Part shown: in pieces, positions 50,619 to 63,283 of the stretch | How the letters are laid out: every line of letters begins with the position of its first letter | How positions within the stretch are numbered: position 1 is the stretch's first letter | Source of the DNA: Nemertoderma westbladi | Taxonomy: Eukaryota; Animalia; Xenacoelomorpha | Reading direction: 5' to 3' | DNA length: 64,000 nt | Assembly: GCA_032718475.1 (NCBI GenBank) | Contig: JAUCBJ010004912.1 | Span: 45,976 to 109,975, forward strand | Made by a program: the position numbers and the translations under genes | Notes under the pieces: model-generated | Databases searched by the model: none | The model's input: only the letters and a program-made list of their open reading frames with translations | What the model was told of the DNA's origin: nothing

Positions 50619-51095
50619 TGGTAAAGTGACCGTTTATTGTTTTGGTTAGAAAGGCCCGCCTCTGTAACCTGCTCCTTTCCTTCATTTTGTAAAGTGACTG
50701 TTTATTGTTTTGGTTAGAAAATCCCCCCTCTGTAACGTGCCCCTTTCCCTCAATTATTTAAATGATCGTTTATTGTTTTGGTTAGAAAATCCCCCCTCTG
50801 TAATCTGCTCCTTTCCCTCAATTGGTTAAGTGATCGTTTATTGTTTTGTTTAGAAAATCCCGCCTCTGTAAGCTGCTCCTTTCTCTCAATTGGTAATGTC
50901 ATCGTTTATTGTTTTGGTTAGAAAATACCATCTATGTAACCTGCTCCTTTCCTTCATTTGGTAAAGTGACCGTTTATTGTTTTGGTTAGAAAGGCTAGCC
51001 TCTGTAACCTGCTCCTTTCCTTCATTTGGTAAAGTGACTGTTTATTGTTTTGGTTAGAAAATCCGGCCTTAACCTGCTCCTTTCCATCAATTTGT
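50619..51095. repeat. 68-bp tandem repeat (about 7 copies) of the shared MITE core module
   Basis: gtttattgttttggttagaaa...ctctgtaacctgctcctttcc at 50632, 50700, 50768, 50836, 50904, 50972 and 51040. Confidence 0.93.
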
Positions 51096-52613
51096 AATTG
51101 TTTTTGGCTATAAAATGAGTGTTTTGCTACGTCATGTGGTAAATAGATTATCGACAACAACCACAAACTATTAAATTTAGAGTCTTTTACCACAGGCGCA
51201 TATGGAATTCTATCTCATAGTCTATAAATCATGGAATCATGGAATGTTTTGGCACAGGCATAGTGAAACCAACTGTCTGACAGACCAGAAATCAACGAAT
51301 TTTGAATGTTTTGGCATAGGCATGTTGAAATCAACTGTCTGACAGTCCAGAAATCAGTTGCCAATTACTAATTTACAATTTACCCTAACGGCCCAATAAA
51401 TTGCTGTATTTCTGCGATTAGTGAACAGAAAATAAAATGCTTCTTACTGTACGTAGTACAGTAAGTAAAAGTGGTTCTTACTGTTACGAAGTAACAGTAA
51501 TTTTGTCAAAAAAGGTAAATGGTTCCTACTGTTAAACAAGCGCGATCAGGAGCTGGTTCTTACTATTGAACAATACAGCGTCCGCAAGCAGCAAAAAACA
51601 CAACGTTGTTTCTTACCGCTAAGTGGCGCTGAGCGGGCCGTCCGCTAATATGTTTTATTATTATTTACTATACGGCTCCAACAAATCGCTTGCTCCTTTA
51701 CTCCTTTCTCTGTTGATCGCTCAACAGAGAGCTAACTGTTCGAATAGATGAGCCACGCGGGAATAACCAATAAAACAATAAACCCGAATCGGCTCCCTAA
51801 GCTACTTAAAACGAGTGCGGGTGGCCTAACACTTGGAGTTCACTTATCGCAAAATACTGGAATTCACTGGGAAGAACACGTCGAATGTGAGAATGTTTTA
51901 ATAATTTACCTTGACCAGATCTGTTACTTTATTGGTGTCGAAACTTGGCCTTTGGCTGGTTTTAGACCAGCAAACTTACTACTGTATACTGGATACTGCT
52001 GTCAGCCCGTTGCCCCGCTATTTTCAAATAACCGTCTAGCGTGAATAGTCTACGGTATTCTAAACAATTACTTAAGCTACTCTCCGCTATGCTGCGTACA
52101 AATTCTTATTTTATTTTAATATCACTAAATTAATTACAGGCACGAATACAAAATTGCGTACTAATTACTAGATGTTCCAGAATACGTACTTCTAATTTAT
52201 TACGTACTGGGTTACGTACTGACAGTTTGAAGAAATACATACATAAAAAGTCATTAAAGGACAACAAAAGTCATTAAAGGGACAACAAAAGTCATTATGT
52301 ACAATTCGTAAAAAAAGGAGGACATAAAAAGTCAAATAAAAGGACATAAAAAATCACTGCCGTTTAGGTAGGCCTACCATAATCAGTATGTCAGCCTACG
52401 ATAATTTGAAGGCTTCTTGGTCCTTGTCATGGTCTGTTGTTTAGATGGCCTTGGGCTGTACCTACAGGCAGACAGTCTACAATACAACAACAGAACAACA
52501 CATCATACCGTGTACAGCCGTACTTTTGTACTTACTCAAAACCGATAGGCCTACTGCAATAGGCCTACAGCAATACAGCAACAGACTCACAACAACAAAC
52601 AACAGTGTGGCCG

Positions 52614-52715
52614 TAGGGATCGACCGAATTATTCGGTTCGGTACCGAATTTTGCCGAATATGGCATATTCGGTTCCGGCCGAATTTTAAAATTTGAGTTG
52701 ACGAATATTCGGCAC
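52614..52715 (+). mobile_element. Terminus of a hAT-like non-autonomous element
   Basis: tagggatcgaccgaa start with palindromic ccgaat(t)attcgg subterminal repeats. Partner end not found. Confidence 0.4.
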
Positions 52716-54194
52716 TTAGGCCTATTGCTGTATTGCCACGAAGCAACATCAGAATATGATATGATATGACAGTATGAATCTGATGTATTTCGGTATAGCA
52801 TACTGGCATATACAGATATAAGACAGTTTGCAACTGTGGTATGCCTTATTTTATAATCTGTAACATATGATTAGGCATACTGCTGTACTGACTGACTGAT
52901 AGGCTAAGTACCGAGTTGAGTTCAATTTCAAATCCCACTCGCCAGCTCGCTGACATAGGCCTACTTTTTTGTAATGACTTTTGTAGCACGCAATCGGCTG
53001 ATCGGGACAAAATTGCAATTATGCAGTAACCTTAAATTTGGTAGGCCTATGTCTATAAAACAATACAGGAGTGTATTGATTTTGTTTTTTTCCTGCGAAA
53101 GAGTAAATTAAAATATTTTTGGTGGAATTTATTAAATTTTATTACATGTCAGCATGTGGCATGTGTTGAAAGAGCATCGACATAGAAAAGGTGAAAGGTT
53201 TGCACGTAATTTGAGCAAAATCCATGCACACACGCTTTTACTGTTTTAAGTTACCTATTCTGCTATCAGGCTATTGCAACTTTAGTGTCTGCAAGACGTA
53301 CTCCAAAACGGAACTCAATATCCAATATTCTGTACAATATGTTGTTAAGCAGCTCTTTCAGTCTTTAGTTACATCTGTCACTCTGTACATAGTAAATATT
53401 CGAGAACACTAAATTATTTAACATTGAGTTAGGCCGCATCAGGCAGTCAGGAGTTGAAGTGTACAGTGATTTGAATTATTGCAGTCAGGCAGTATACAGT
53501 ATAGGTGATAGGAAGCAATATAGTAAAATACTACATTTCAATTTATTTAGTAACACTCTATCACTACTATATCTTATCACACTACTGCACTATCTATATT
53601 TTTTATTAAAGAATTTATCAACAACAAGTACCAATCAATTTAAAAATTAATTTGTTTTTTACTTTACTTATACCACTACACACTAACTGACTAGCCTAAT
53701 TTAAGAATAAAATTACGTAGGCCTATTGCTATTACATTGGAAAAAAAACGTAAAACATTTATTTTCTCTCGACCCTTTACAACTTTATTAACCCTGTAAC
53801 CTCGGTTACGCTCGGTAAATGAAATGCCTTGAGTCGAGAATAGTGAAAAAATATTTATTTTCCCATATATTAAATAATTAGGCCTATTACATTAAGTAAT
53901 GTTGGTAATTTACATAGTGGAATAATGTAATTATTAATACAATAATAAAGTACACAAACTGACAAACAGTCAGTAGGCTAGGCCTAGTACTGTAGCCGAT
54001 TTTCCCCCTTTCTTTCCCCTTTTATTTTCCCCCTTTTCAAATCGGTAGTATTCCTTCCTTGCCTTCTCTGCACCTGCCAGCCTGCTGGCCTGCACTTTAA
54101 CAAGTTATTAAATTTCAAATTATGTCTGTATGTAGGCTTTACCTGATTACCGGTATTTACACTTACCGACCACCGACTGACCGATGTAGGAATT

Positions 54195-54210
54195 TGACGC
54201 AGTGACGTGT
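54195..54210. promoter_or_regulatory. Tandem CRE/ATF-like half sites upstream of SMG7
   Basis: ttgacgcagtgacgtg about 100 bp upstream of the inferred ATG. Confidence 0.35.
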
Positions 54211-54301
54211 AGATGCCTATGATGATTTTGTTTGAAATATGTCATGAAGAGAAGCATTCCCATTAGATTGGTTATTAATCCCCAGTGGAAGTGGACCCGG
54301 A

Positions 54302-54327
54302 ATGAGTTCACCTGCCGAGCTCTTGAG
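54302..54327 (+). CDS. SMG7: SMG7 coding exon 1
   Basis: MSSPAELL(R) with strong ag|gtgagt phase-2 donor; parallels the human N-terminus MSLQSAQYLR. Confidence 0.75.
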
Positions 54328-56185
54328 GTGAGTCAGTACGCAGAGCATTGAGTCTGACTGTGGACTGTACTGTCTTGAAGAATACCGGTACTGGAATAAG
54401 TTTTCCGACTAAGTTTATACATTATCTGTTATCGTAAGGCTGTAAGCAGGTAAGGCGGTTCTAATTATAATGATACCGGTAGGGCCTATCTTTCAAAAGA
54501 CGAAAAATAAAGCCGACGGAAGTACCTCTAGCTAAATTGTGATCAGATTTCAAATTTAACAGCAAAAATGGAGGGTAACCTCCAACCTGTAAACTAGGCA
54601 GCTAGGTCTACGTATAACTGCAGAACTAGATAAGCCGGTGTGTAAACGCTACGCCGACAACAGACAACCAAACCAACAGACCAATGCGCACAGGCCGATA
54701 TCCATTACTACCCGCTACCGGTACATCATTCAGTCAACACCCGTATAAAAGCTAATTGATGTTAATTATAAATTGAAGAAATTAACAGACTGACAGCGAC
54801 AGGTCAGCAGGTTACACAGTCTGCACTGTGGACAGGTGGCCTGCTATTATAACCAAAACATTAAACAGATAAATTAGTCATCTGGTCATGAGCACAGGTT
54901 ACAGTTTCTCGTTGTTTTTTGTTGTCGATTGTCTGTTCTCGGCGTAGCTATTGCACTTATCTTATTTATTTCTTTTGTTTCAGATTCACAATACACAGTT
55001 GTCCTCTGGCTGTTTGGTCCTGGAATAGCCCATAATCTCGATATCATCAGTGACCCCCCCCCCCCCCCCCACCCCCCCTAATAATTGATTGCATAAAGTT
55101 GATTTGGAGTTAGTTTCACCTCCCTCCTCCTCAGTGGCCATGGGTGAACCAGAATTTTTATTTTCGCGTTCATTCTTAAGCTACAAGCTTTTGAAAAAAA
55201 AAACTCCCAGGTGATATCACCTGTTACGCCGCTGTTATTATTTAACATATAGTAATTTGTTGCTACTGATGGAAAGCTAGCAATGCAAGGATTCCAAATA
55301 CCGTTATGAAAATAACTGAGATATATGGGCAATTGAACGTTGCATGGGCTATTTTATTATATTTCATAATTTCAATACACATAATTATGGAACATTATAT
55401 TTACCCCATACGTAAGATGGGCAACAATATAATGCCTATAGTAATACTAGTAGTACCAAGGCGTCCTAAACTATCTAAAATAAACTGCTAGTTTAAGACG
55501 CCTTGATTAGTATCGGCCCATACGTAGCTATTTGTGCATATAAAATGTTCCAGAATATGTGGTTGGCCTATGCTATACCTCTATATATGTATTAAATAAG
55601 AATTAAATAGCCTTGCCCAGATGCAAAACAATGCAACTATTGATAGCCCATATCTGCAGTTATTTTTCAACGAAATTAAAATTGTTTTATATATTTGAAA
55701 TCGTGACATGACTAGCTTTCCATTGGTACCAACAAATCTCTATAAGGTTGAAGAATAACTGAGGTGTAACTGGTACAATATCGACGTAGACACTTTTTTA
55801 AACGCTTGTTGGGGGGTCCAAGTCACTGAATTATGACATTATATTCCAGGACATGGTGTGCGCAGGTAGTTTTGATATGGTTGCGCTCTGTACGAATATT
55901 GTGGCTCAACCATGTTTCAGTGGCCCTGAAATTTTAACTGAAACTAATACAGTTATTTCTGCAGTAACCTCACTGCCTGGCAGGAGGCCTATCGTTTTAC
56001 CTTGTGGCTTTATGGGACATTTTGGTTAGGGTTAGTTGGTCACTGGTCAGACCTCCTAAACCCTATTTAAAACATGTCACCCAAGTTTCCTCAGAAATTT
56101 AGCGGAATTGATAATCTCCGAAATAGTGTACACTTAAATAGTATACTGTACCTGTACTTTACGTTGTTCCTCTCATGTTTTTTAG

Positions 56186-56335
56186 GAAAGCAGAGCTGCA
56201 GAGGTCGCAACTGACCCATGTGAACCCTTCGAGTCCGGAGTTTTGGGTGACGCGGAAGAGAGTTGAAGATTTATATCACGAGTTGCTGCTAATCGATTTA
56301 GAATTCTCTCTGGATAAGAAAGCCGAGCAAGAATT
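56186..56335 (+). CDS. SMG7: SMG7 coding exon 2
   Basis: KAELQRSQL...FWVTRKRVEDLYHELLLIDLEFSLDKKAEQEL versus human DLYQKMLVTDLEYALDKKVEQDL; tttttag| and |gtaagt. Confidence 0.92.
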
Positions 56336-57192
56336 GTAAGTGGTCGGTAGGGAAGTGGTCGGTACGGTTATGGAATAATACTTCGGGAACTTGACCCAAA
56401 TCCCCTATCGGTGAATTTATTTCTCGCTTCAATGTTAAATTATCAATTTAGGGAAAGGAGCACGTTACAGTGGCACGTTATTTTAACCAAGTTATTAATC
56501 GTAAACCGACCAAACCATCAAATGAATAGAACAGGATACGGTTCTATTTTTGAGAGAGAGAGAATTTCGTTGTTATTTCCGTCGATTTTCCCCCTTTAGA
56601 ATTGCGTCGAAAGTCCCCCATCTGACGTAACATATACAAACTAACTAACTCAGAGACATAAATAGGCCAGCAAATGAGTAATATTAATGACGAAAATTAG
56701 GTTTTTTATACAATCACATAAACAACACGTGAAATATACCAATACATTGTAACAATACGGCACTAAAAGCCAAAAAATATAGGCCTACACCGTATAATAT
56801 AGATACTTAGAGATCATTTTGGCTAGATGTTTCGTATTATCTAGAATCCAATCTAGCAAGCAATGCATGCAACCCGTGAAAGATATACGACTCTTAAGGT
56901 TGTTCTAGAACTAAAAGTTCATTATAAATGGGGTCATGATTGGTCCTGGTAGAATCTCGAATGATTAATAATGTCGTCAATGAAATTCCCTTATTTGTGT
57001 TATTTATTTTCTCAATATAAACTGTTGTTGGATGTTTCCTATACATTTGGTATTTGCTCCGTTAAGAGGTCACTTACATGTTAATTTTATAATTTTTCAA
57101 CCTTATCTATATGGCGCGAAGTGAAAGATTATGTGATCCTAAAATTCAAGCTTCTCTATTCCTTTAAATACGACGTAATATCTTTATTGCAG

Positions 57193-57401
57193 ATGGAATC
57201 ATGCGTTCAAGATCCCGATAACCAAACTACAAAGTGTTTCGAAGCAGGAAAGGAGACGCCGAGTTGAGACACAAGCGAACGTCGAGCTGTTTTTAGAAGG
57301 AGCCACCGGTTTCTATAACCAGTTACTCCACGAATTGTGTACCCTCTTCTACCTAGAACTACCCGGACGTGTGAATAGAGCTCGGAGTGGTTTACTAAAA
57401 G
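57193..57401 (+). CDS. SMG7: SMG7 coding exon 3
   Basis: WNHAFK...QANVELFLEGATGFYNQLLHELCT versus human WNHAFK...QANLSLFLEAASGFYTQLLQELCT; canonical splice sites. Confidence 0.95.
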
Positions 57402-57546
57402 GTTGGTTTAGTGCGAGTGCCTTCAAACTAAACTATTGAGTGAATATGAGTTCATTGTGATAATTAACAATGTTGAATTTTTTAATTATAGTCTAACCGA
57501 TTCCACAAATACAATTTGAATACTCTATGCGACTGGGGTGTATGTA

Positions 57547-58011
57547 TGGTTGGGAGCAATCTTCGCCCGGGGGAAACGTACGCCCGCAAGGCAATCTTCG
57601 CCCGCGAGCAACCTTCGCCCGCGTCAAATCTTCGCCCGCGTCCAATCTTCGCCCGCGTGCAACCTTTGCCCGCGTCCAATCTTTGCCCGCGAGCAACCTT
57701 CGCCCGCGTCCAATCTTCGCCCGCGTCCAATCTTCGCCCGCGTCCAATCTTCGCCCGCGTGCAATCTTTGCCCGCGTCCAATCTTCGCCCGCGTGCAACC
57801 TTTGCCCGCGTCCAATCTTCGCCCGCGTACAGCCTTCGCCCAATAAGATTTGTGTTAGTAACCATTTTAGTAACAAATTGAGGGAAAGGAGCAGGTTACA
57901 GAGACGGCTTTTTGTAATCAAAACAATAATTGTTTATTGGGCGAAGCTTGCTCGCGGGCGAAGATTGGGCGCGGGCGAAGCTTTCTCGCGGGCGAAATTT
58001 GCTGCGTACCG
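57547..58011. mobile_element. Intronic TIR element with inverted arrays of a 17-bp repeat
   Basis: About 17 copies of (c/g)caatcttcgcccgcgt on the left, about 3.5 inverted copies at 57939-57997, shared core module between them. Confidence 0.8.
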
Positions 58012-58070
58012 TGTGTGTGTGCCAATATACTCGACTTGGTTCGAACGTAGCTGGTATATTTTTTATTTAG

Positions 58071-58283
58071 ATCAATACGCACTGGAATGGAAACTATCTA
58101 CTAAGCAGCCTGAACATCCTACATGTCTTTACATCTGTCAGCACTGCCTGGTGCACCTGGGGGACTTGGCTCGCTACCGATCGCAACTCGATGAGTCACA
58201 CACCTTCTACCATCTAGCCGCCCAACTAGTACCCTACAACGGACAACCTTACAACCAACTCGCTATACTAGCCAGTCAAAGGG
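58071..58283 (+). CDS. SMG7: SMG7 coding exon 4 (EST1/TPR domain)
   Basis: YICQHCLVHLGDLARYR...AAQLVPYNGQPYNQLAILAS, near identical to human SMG7. Confidence 0.97.
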
Positions 58284-58455
58284 GTTAGTTCGTCTGTGAT
58301 CTCGTGCTGAAAACCTGTTAATGTAAAAATACCCTAATTTAGGTCAAATTGAGTTCTCGGGAATAAAAAAGATAATTTAATGTCATAGGAGCTCATTACT
58401 GGCTGTGTACTTTATATTTGCACATTAGAAGCGTGTTTTCGTTTTTATCTCCTAG

Positions 58456-58619
58456 GCGACCACCTGACCACGGTCTACTATTATTGTCGCGCCATTGCTG
58501 TACGCCACCCCTTCCCAGCCGCTTCCACAAACCTTTCTACCCATTTTACTAAACTTATCAACAACATGACAGAGGATCTCAGACCGACTTCCAATATCAA
58601 CATGCATAACCTGATTAAG
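58456..58619 (+). CDS. SMG7: SMG7 coding exon 5; gene continues beyond the window
   Basis: GDHLTTVYYYCRAIAVRHPFPAASTNL versus human GDHLTTIFYYCRSIAVKFPFPAASTNL; cctag| and |gtaagc. Confidence 0.95.
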
Positions 58620-59288
58620 GTAAGCCAAGGATCTGCAGCTGGGGAAATTTCTATATTTTAAGTAAAGTTTCCTAACCCGGTGACTTCCAACTTAGTGAAA
58701 ATCTGTTTTAACAAAACCACGCAGACAGTTGCTGGTCAACGAACAGACAGTTTACAATAAATTTATGTTGGGTGTTTGACTGATCATCTGTTTTAATATA
58801 AAGGGTCGATTACGCAAAAATAATGGCCAAATTCCAGGTTAAAAAAATAAAAAATAAAATTTTCTCAAACCCTATCATAACATATTTCGGAAGCCCTTAG
58901 CGTGCTGATTTCAAATTTCATAGTGGTTCAATTTTTCTACCAATAGTAAAAAAGTTATGGGCGAAAAACGTGTGTCTCGTCGGTAACGCTTTGTCTCATA
59001 TAAATTTCCTTGTTTAAACCAAATGCGTTACGTTTTGGACATGTCTCATCTTTAACGCAGTTTATTTGCGTTACATCTTTCTGTGCATGCTTTACAAGTG
59101 AGACAGCTTTACAATGCGTTGCATACCGTTACATGCAGGACAACTGTGGACATGCTTAGCAATCTCATTAGGTTAACGTGAAGGCTTGACCTTGTATATC
59201 ATTAGAAGCATCTTCTTTCAGAAGCGGTATAAAGAAACTTTATATTAAGTAAATCCGATTTGTGGAAGAAAAGTTAGAGCAAAAAATA

Positions 59289-62200
59289 GGGTAGGTGTAA
59301 AACGCGGATCCGGATCCGGATCCGGATTCAGGATCCGGATACGGATCAGGACCCGGATTTGCGAGTGTAAAAGGCGGATCCGGATTTACATACAATCCGT
59401 AACTGAGTGTAATATGCGGATTCTGAAATACGCAATCCGTATTGCAGTGTAAAACGCGGATTCATATATTTTATGAATCCGGAATGGAGTGTAAAATACG
59501 GATTTACGTTAATTACCAAGTTTTATTGGATCCGGAATGGAGTGTAAAACACGGATTTTCGTAATTACCAAGTTTTGTTGGATCCGGAATGGAGTGTAAA
59601 ACACGGATTTTCGTTAATTACCAAGTTTTATTGGATCCGGAATGGAGTGTAAAACACGGATTTTCGTAATTACCAAGTTTTGTTGGATCCGGAATGGAGT
59701 GTAAAACACGGATTTTCGTTAATTACCAAGTTTTGTTGGATCCGGAATGGAGTGTAAAACACGGATTTTCGTGAATTACCAAGTTTTATTGGATCCGGAA
59801 TGGAGTGTAAAACACGGATTTATGTTAATTACCAAGTTTTATTGGATCCGGAATGGAGTGTAAAACACGGATTTTCGTTAATTACCAAGTTTTGTTGGAT
59901 CCGGAATGGAGTGTAAAACACGGATTTTCGTTAATTACCAAGTTTTATTGGATCCGGAATGGAGTGTAAACCACGGATTTTCGTTAATTACCAAGTTTTG
60001 TTGGATCCGGAATGGAGTGTAAAACACGGATTTTCGTTAATTACCAAGTTTTGTTGGATCCGGAATGGAGTGTAAAACACGGATTTCGTTAATTACCAAA
60101 TTTTGTTCGATCCGGAATGGAGTGTAAAACACGGACTTCGTTAATTACCAAGTTTTGTTGGATCCGGAATGGAGTGTAAAACACGGATTTGCGTTAATTA
60201 CCAAGTTTTATTGGATCCGGAATGGAGTGTAAAACACGGATTTTCGTTAATTACCAAGTTTTATTGGATCCGGAATGGAGTGTAAAACACGGATTTATGT
60301 TAATTACCAAGTTTTATTGGATCCGGAATGGAGTGTAAAACACGGATTTTCGTTAATTACCAAGTTTTGTTGGATCCGGAATGGAGTGTAAAACACGGAT
60401 TTTCGTTAATTACCAAGTTTTGTTGGATCCGGAATGGAGTGTAAAACACGGATTTTCGTTAATTACCAAGTTTTGTTGGATCCGGAATGGAGTGTAAAAC
60501 ACGGATTTTCGTTAATTACCAAGTTTTAATGGATCCGGAAAGGGTGTAAAACCGGATTCTTTATTACCAAGTGTTACTGATCCGGAAGGGGTGTAAAACG
60601 CGGATTATTCGTTATTTACCAAGTGTTACTGGATCCGGGAAGGGGTGTAAAACGCGGATTGATTCAGGTTAATTACAAAGTGTTACTGGATCCGGGAAGG
60701 GGTGTAAAATGCGGATTTACGTTAATTACTGAGTTTGTTAATGAGGGACACAACTATTAATGAGGTACACACATTAATGAGGGACACAAACATTAATGGG
60801 GGACACCTTAATAGTTAATAGACACCTTAATAATTTGTCTATGTCTAGGGGCCACACATAAGCTTAATCCGGCTCTGGGGGACACCTTAATAGGGGTCAA
60901 TGCTTCCCAATGAATTATTAATAAGGGCGATGGTGATGCTTGGCCGTCAGACATTATTAGATATTGATTAGCTGAAAAACTATACTACCGTGGGAACGTG
61001 ACCTCTCTGGTAGAGCGGCTCTGTAGACAATTGTATGGTAGGATTACTGTCCTGTTCCCTGATTGGCTTATCCATCCCAACCTCCCTTACAAACAAGAAT
61101 CACTGTTCTGCCTAGCTGGCGGTAGTTTGTACTGCATCATAGCGTACTCTATTTAAGGCCTTGCAAGCTTGCTGCCTTCCTAATTTATGGAGGCTGAACT
61201 GTTCAGTATAATTTCTTATTTAATTTCATATTAAACATGGATGACAGTGATGACTTTGTAAAGGTTCCATTTACGGGATTCGTTATTCCGAGTCCAACCA
61301 ATGATACAGCCATTGTTGAGCCGCTTGAACTCACTACGCAAACATCGTGCACCCCGAGTCCGGAGAAGAAAAAAACCAGGAAAGTCAGCAAGCCAAGAAA
61401 AGTTACTAAAGAACAATAAACATTGCACTAATTAATAATTGTAACTAGATGAGGGTCTGGGTCTTTATTGCATATGCGTTTTACAAATTGTTCATTAAAC
61501 TTACTAATTAACTTGAATCCGCGTTTTACACCCATTCCGGATCCAATAAAACTTGTAATTAACGTAAATCCGTGTTTTACACTCCATTCCGGATCCAATA
61601 AAACTTGATAATTAACGTAAATCCGTGTTTTACACTCCATTCCGGATCCAATAAAACTTAGTAATTAACGTAAATCCGCGTTTTACACTCCATTCCCGGA
61701 TCCAATAAAACTTGGTAATTAACTAGAATCCGCGTTTTACACCCCTTCCCGGATCCAATAAAACATGGTAATTAACTAGAATCCGCGTTTTACACTCCAT
61801 TCCGGATCCAATAAAACTGGTAATTAACGTAAATCCGTGTTTTACACTCCATTCCGGATCCAATAAAACTTGGTAATTAACGTAAATCCGTGTTTTACAC
61901 TCCATTCCGGATCCAATAAAACTTGATAATTAACGTAAATCCGTGTTTTACACTCCATTCCGGATCCAATAAAACTTAGTAATTAACGCAAATCCGCGTT
62001 TTACACCCCTTCCCGGATCCAATAAAACTTGGTAATTAACTAGAATCCGCGTTTTACACCCCTTCCCGGATCCAATAAAACATGGTAATTAACGAAATCC
62101 GCGTTTTACACCCCTTCCCGGATCCAATAAAACTTGGTAATTAACGTAAATCCGCGTTTTACACTCCCTTCCCGGATCCAATAAAACTTGGTAATTAACG

Positions 62201-63283
62201 TAAATCCGTGTTTTACACTCCATTCCGGATCCAATAAAACTTGATAATTAACGTAAATCCGTGTTTTACACTCCATTCCGGATCCAATAAAACTTAGTAA
62301 TTAACGCAAATCCGCGTTTTACACCCCTTCCCGGATCCAATAAAACTTGGTAATTAACGTAAATCCGCGTTTTACACCCCTTCCCGGATCCAATAAAACT
62401 TGGTAATTAACTTGAATCCGCGTTTTACACTCCATTCCGGATCCAATAAAACTTGGTAATTAACGTAAATCCGTGTTTTACACTCCATTCCGGATCCAAT
62501 AAAACTTGGTAATTAACGTAAATCCGCGTTTTACACTCCCTTCCCGGATCCAATAAAACTTGGTAATTAACGTAGAATCCGCGTTTTACACTCCATTCCG
62601 GATCCAATAAAACTTGGTAATTAACGTAAATCCGTGTTTTACACTCCATTCCGGATCCAATAAAACTTGGTAATTAACGTAAATCCGTGTTTTACACTCC
62701 ATTCCGGATCCAATAAAACTTAGTAATTAACGTAAATCCGTGTTTTACACTCCATTCCGGATCCAATAAAACTTGGTAATTAACGTAAATCCGTGTTTTA
62801 CACTCCATTCCGGATCCAATAAAACTTAGTAATTAACGTAAATCCGCGTTTTACACCCCTTCCCGGATCCAATAAAACTTGGTAATTAACTAGAATCCGC
62901 GTTTTACACCCCTTCCCGGATCCAATAAAACATGGTAATTAACTTGAATCCGCGTTTTACACCCCTTCCCGGATTTAATAAAACTTTGTAATAAACCTGA
63001 ATCCGTATTTTACACCCAATCCCGGATTCAGTAGAAAAATGAATCCGCGTTTTACACTCCGTTCAGGATTTAGCCTAAAACATGAATCCGCGCTTTACAC
63101 TCCGTTCCGGATCTGAAAAAAAGGCCAATCCGCATTTTACACTCGGTTACGGATTCGGTAAATTTAGCAGTGCGCGGATCCGCAGATTACACCCTAAAAA
63201 TGTAAATTCAGTCGACTTCCATAGGGACAATGTTAAATGATAGAATCCGGATCCTGATCCGGATCCGCGTTTTACTCTGACCC
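59289..63283. mobile_element. Foldback element (probably Mutator-type) with arms of 53-bp tandem repeats and a 9-bp TSD
   Basis: caaaaaata at 59280-59288 and 63284-63292. GGG...CCC termini with gtaaaacgcggatccggatc TIR. Left array ~59480-60730, inverted right array ~61505-63000. Confidence 0.93.
61237..61419 (+). CDS. 60-aa ORF in the foldback core (acidic N-terminus, Lys-rich C-terminus)
   Basis: aaacATGg context; upstream gattgg and tatttaa; aataaa overlapping the stop. No recognised domain. Confidence 0.4.
   Translation: MDDSDDFVKVPFTGFVIPSPTNDTAIVEPLELTTQTSCTPSPEKKKTRKVSKPRKVTKEQ

Noticed and set aside
57482-58288. Repetitive ORFs, including the 253-aa ORF
   Set aside because: They read through a 17-bp intronic array. 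Only 58071-58283 is real (SMG7 exon).
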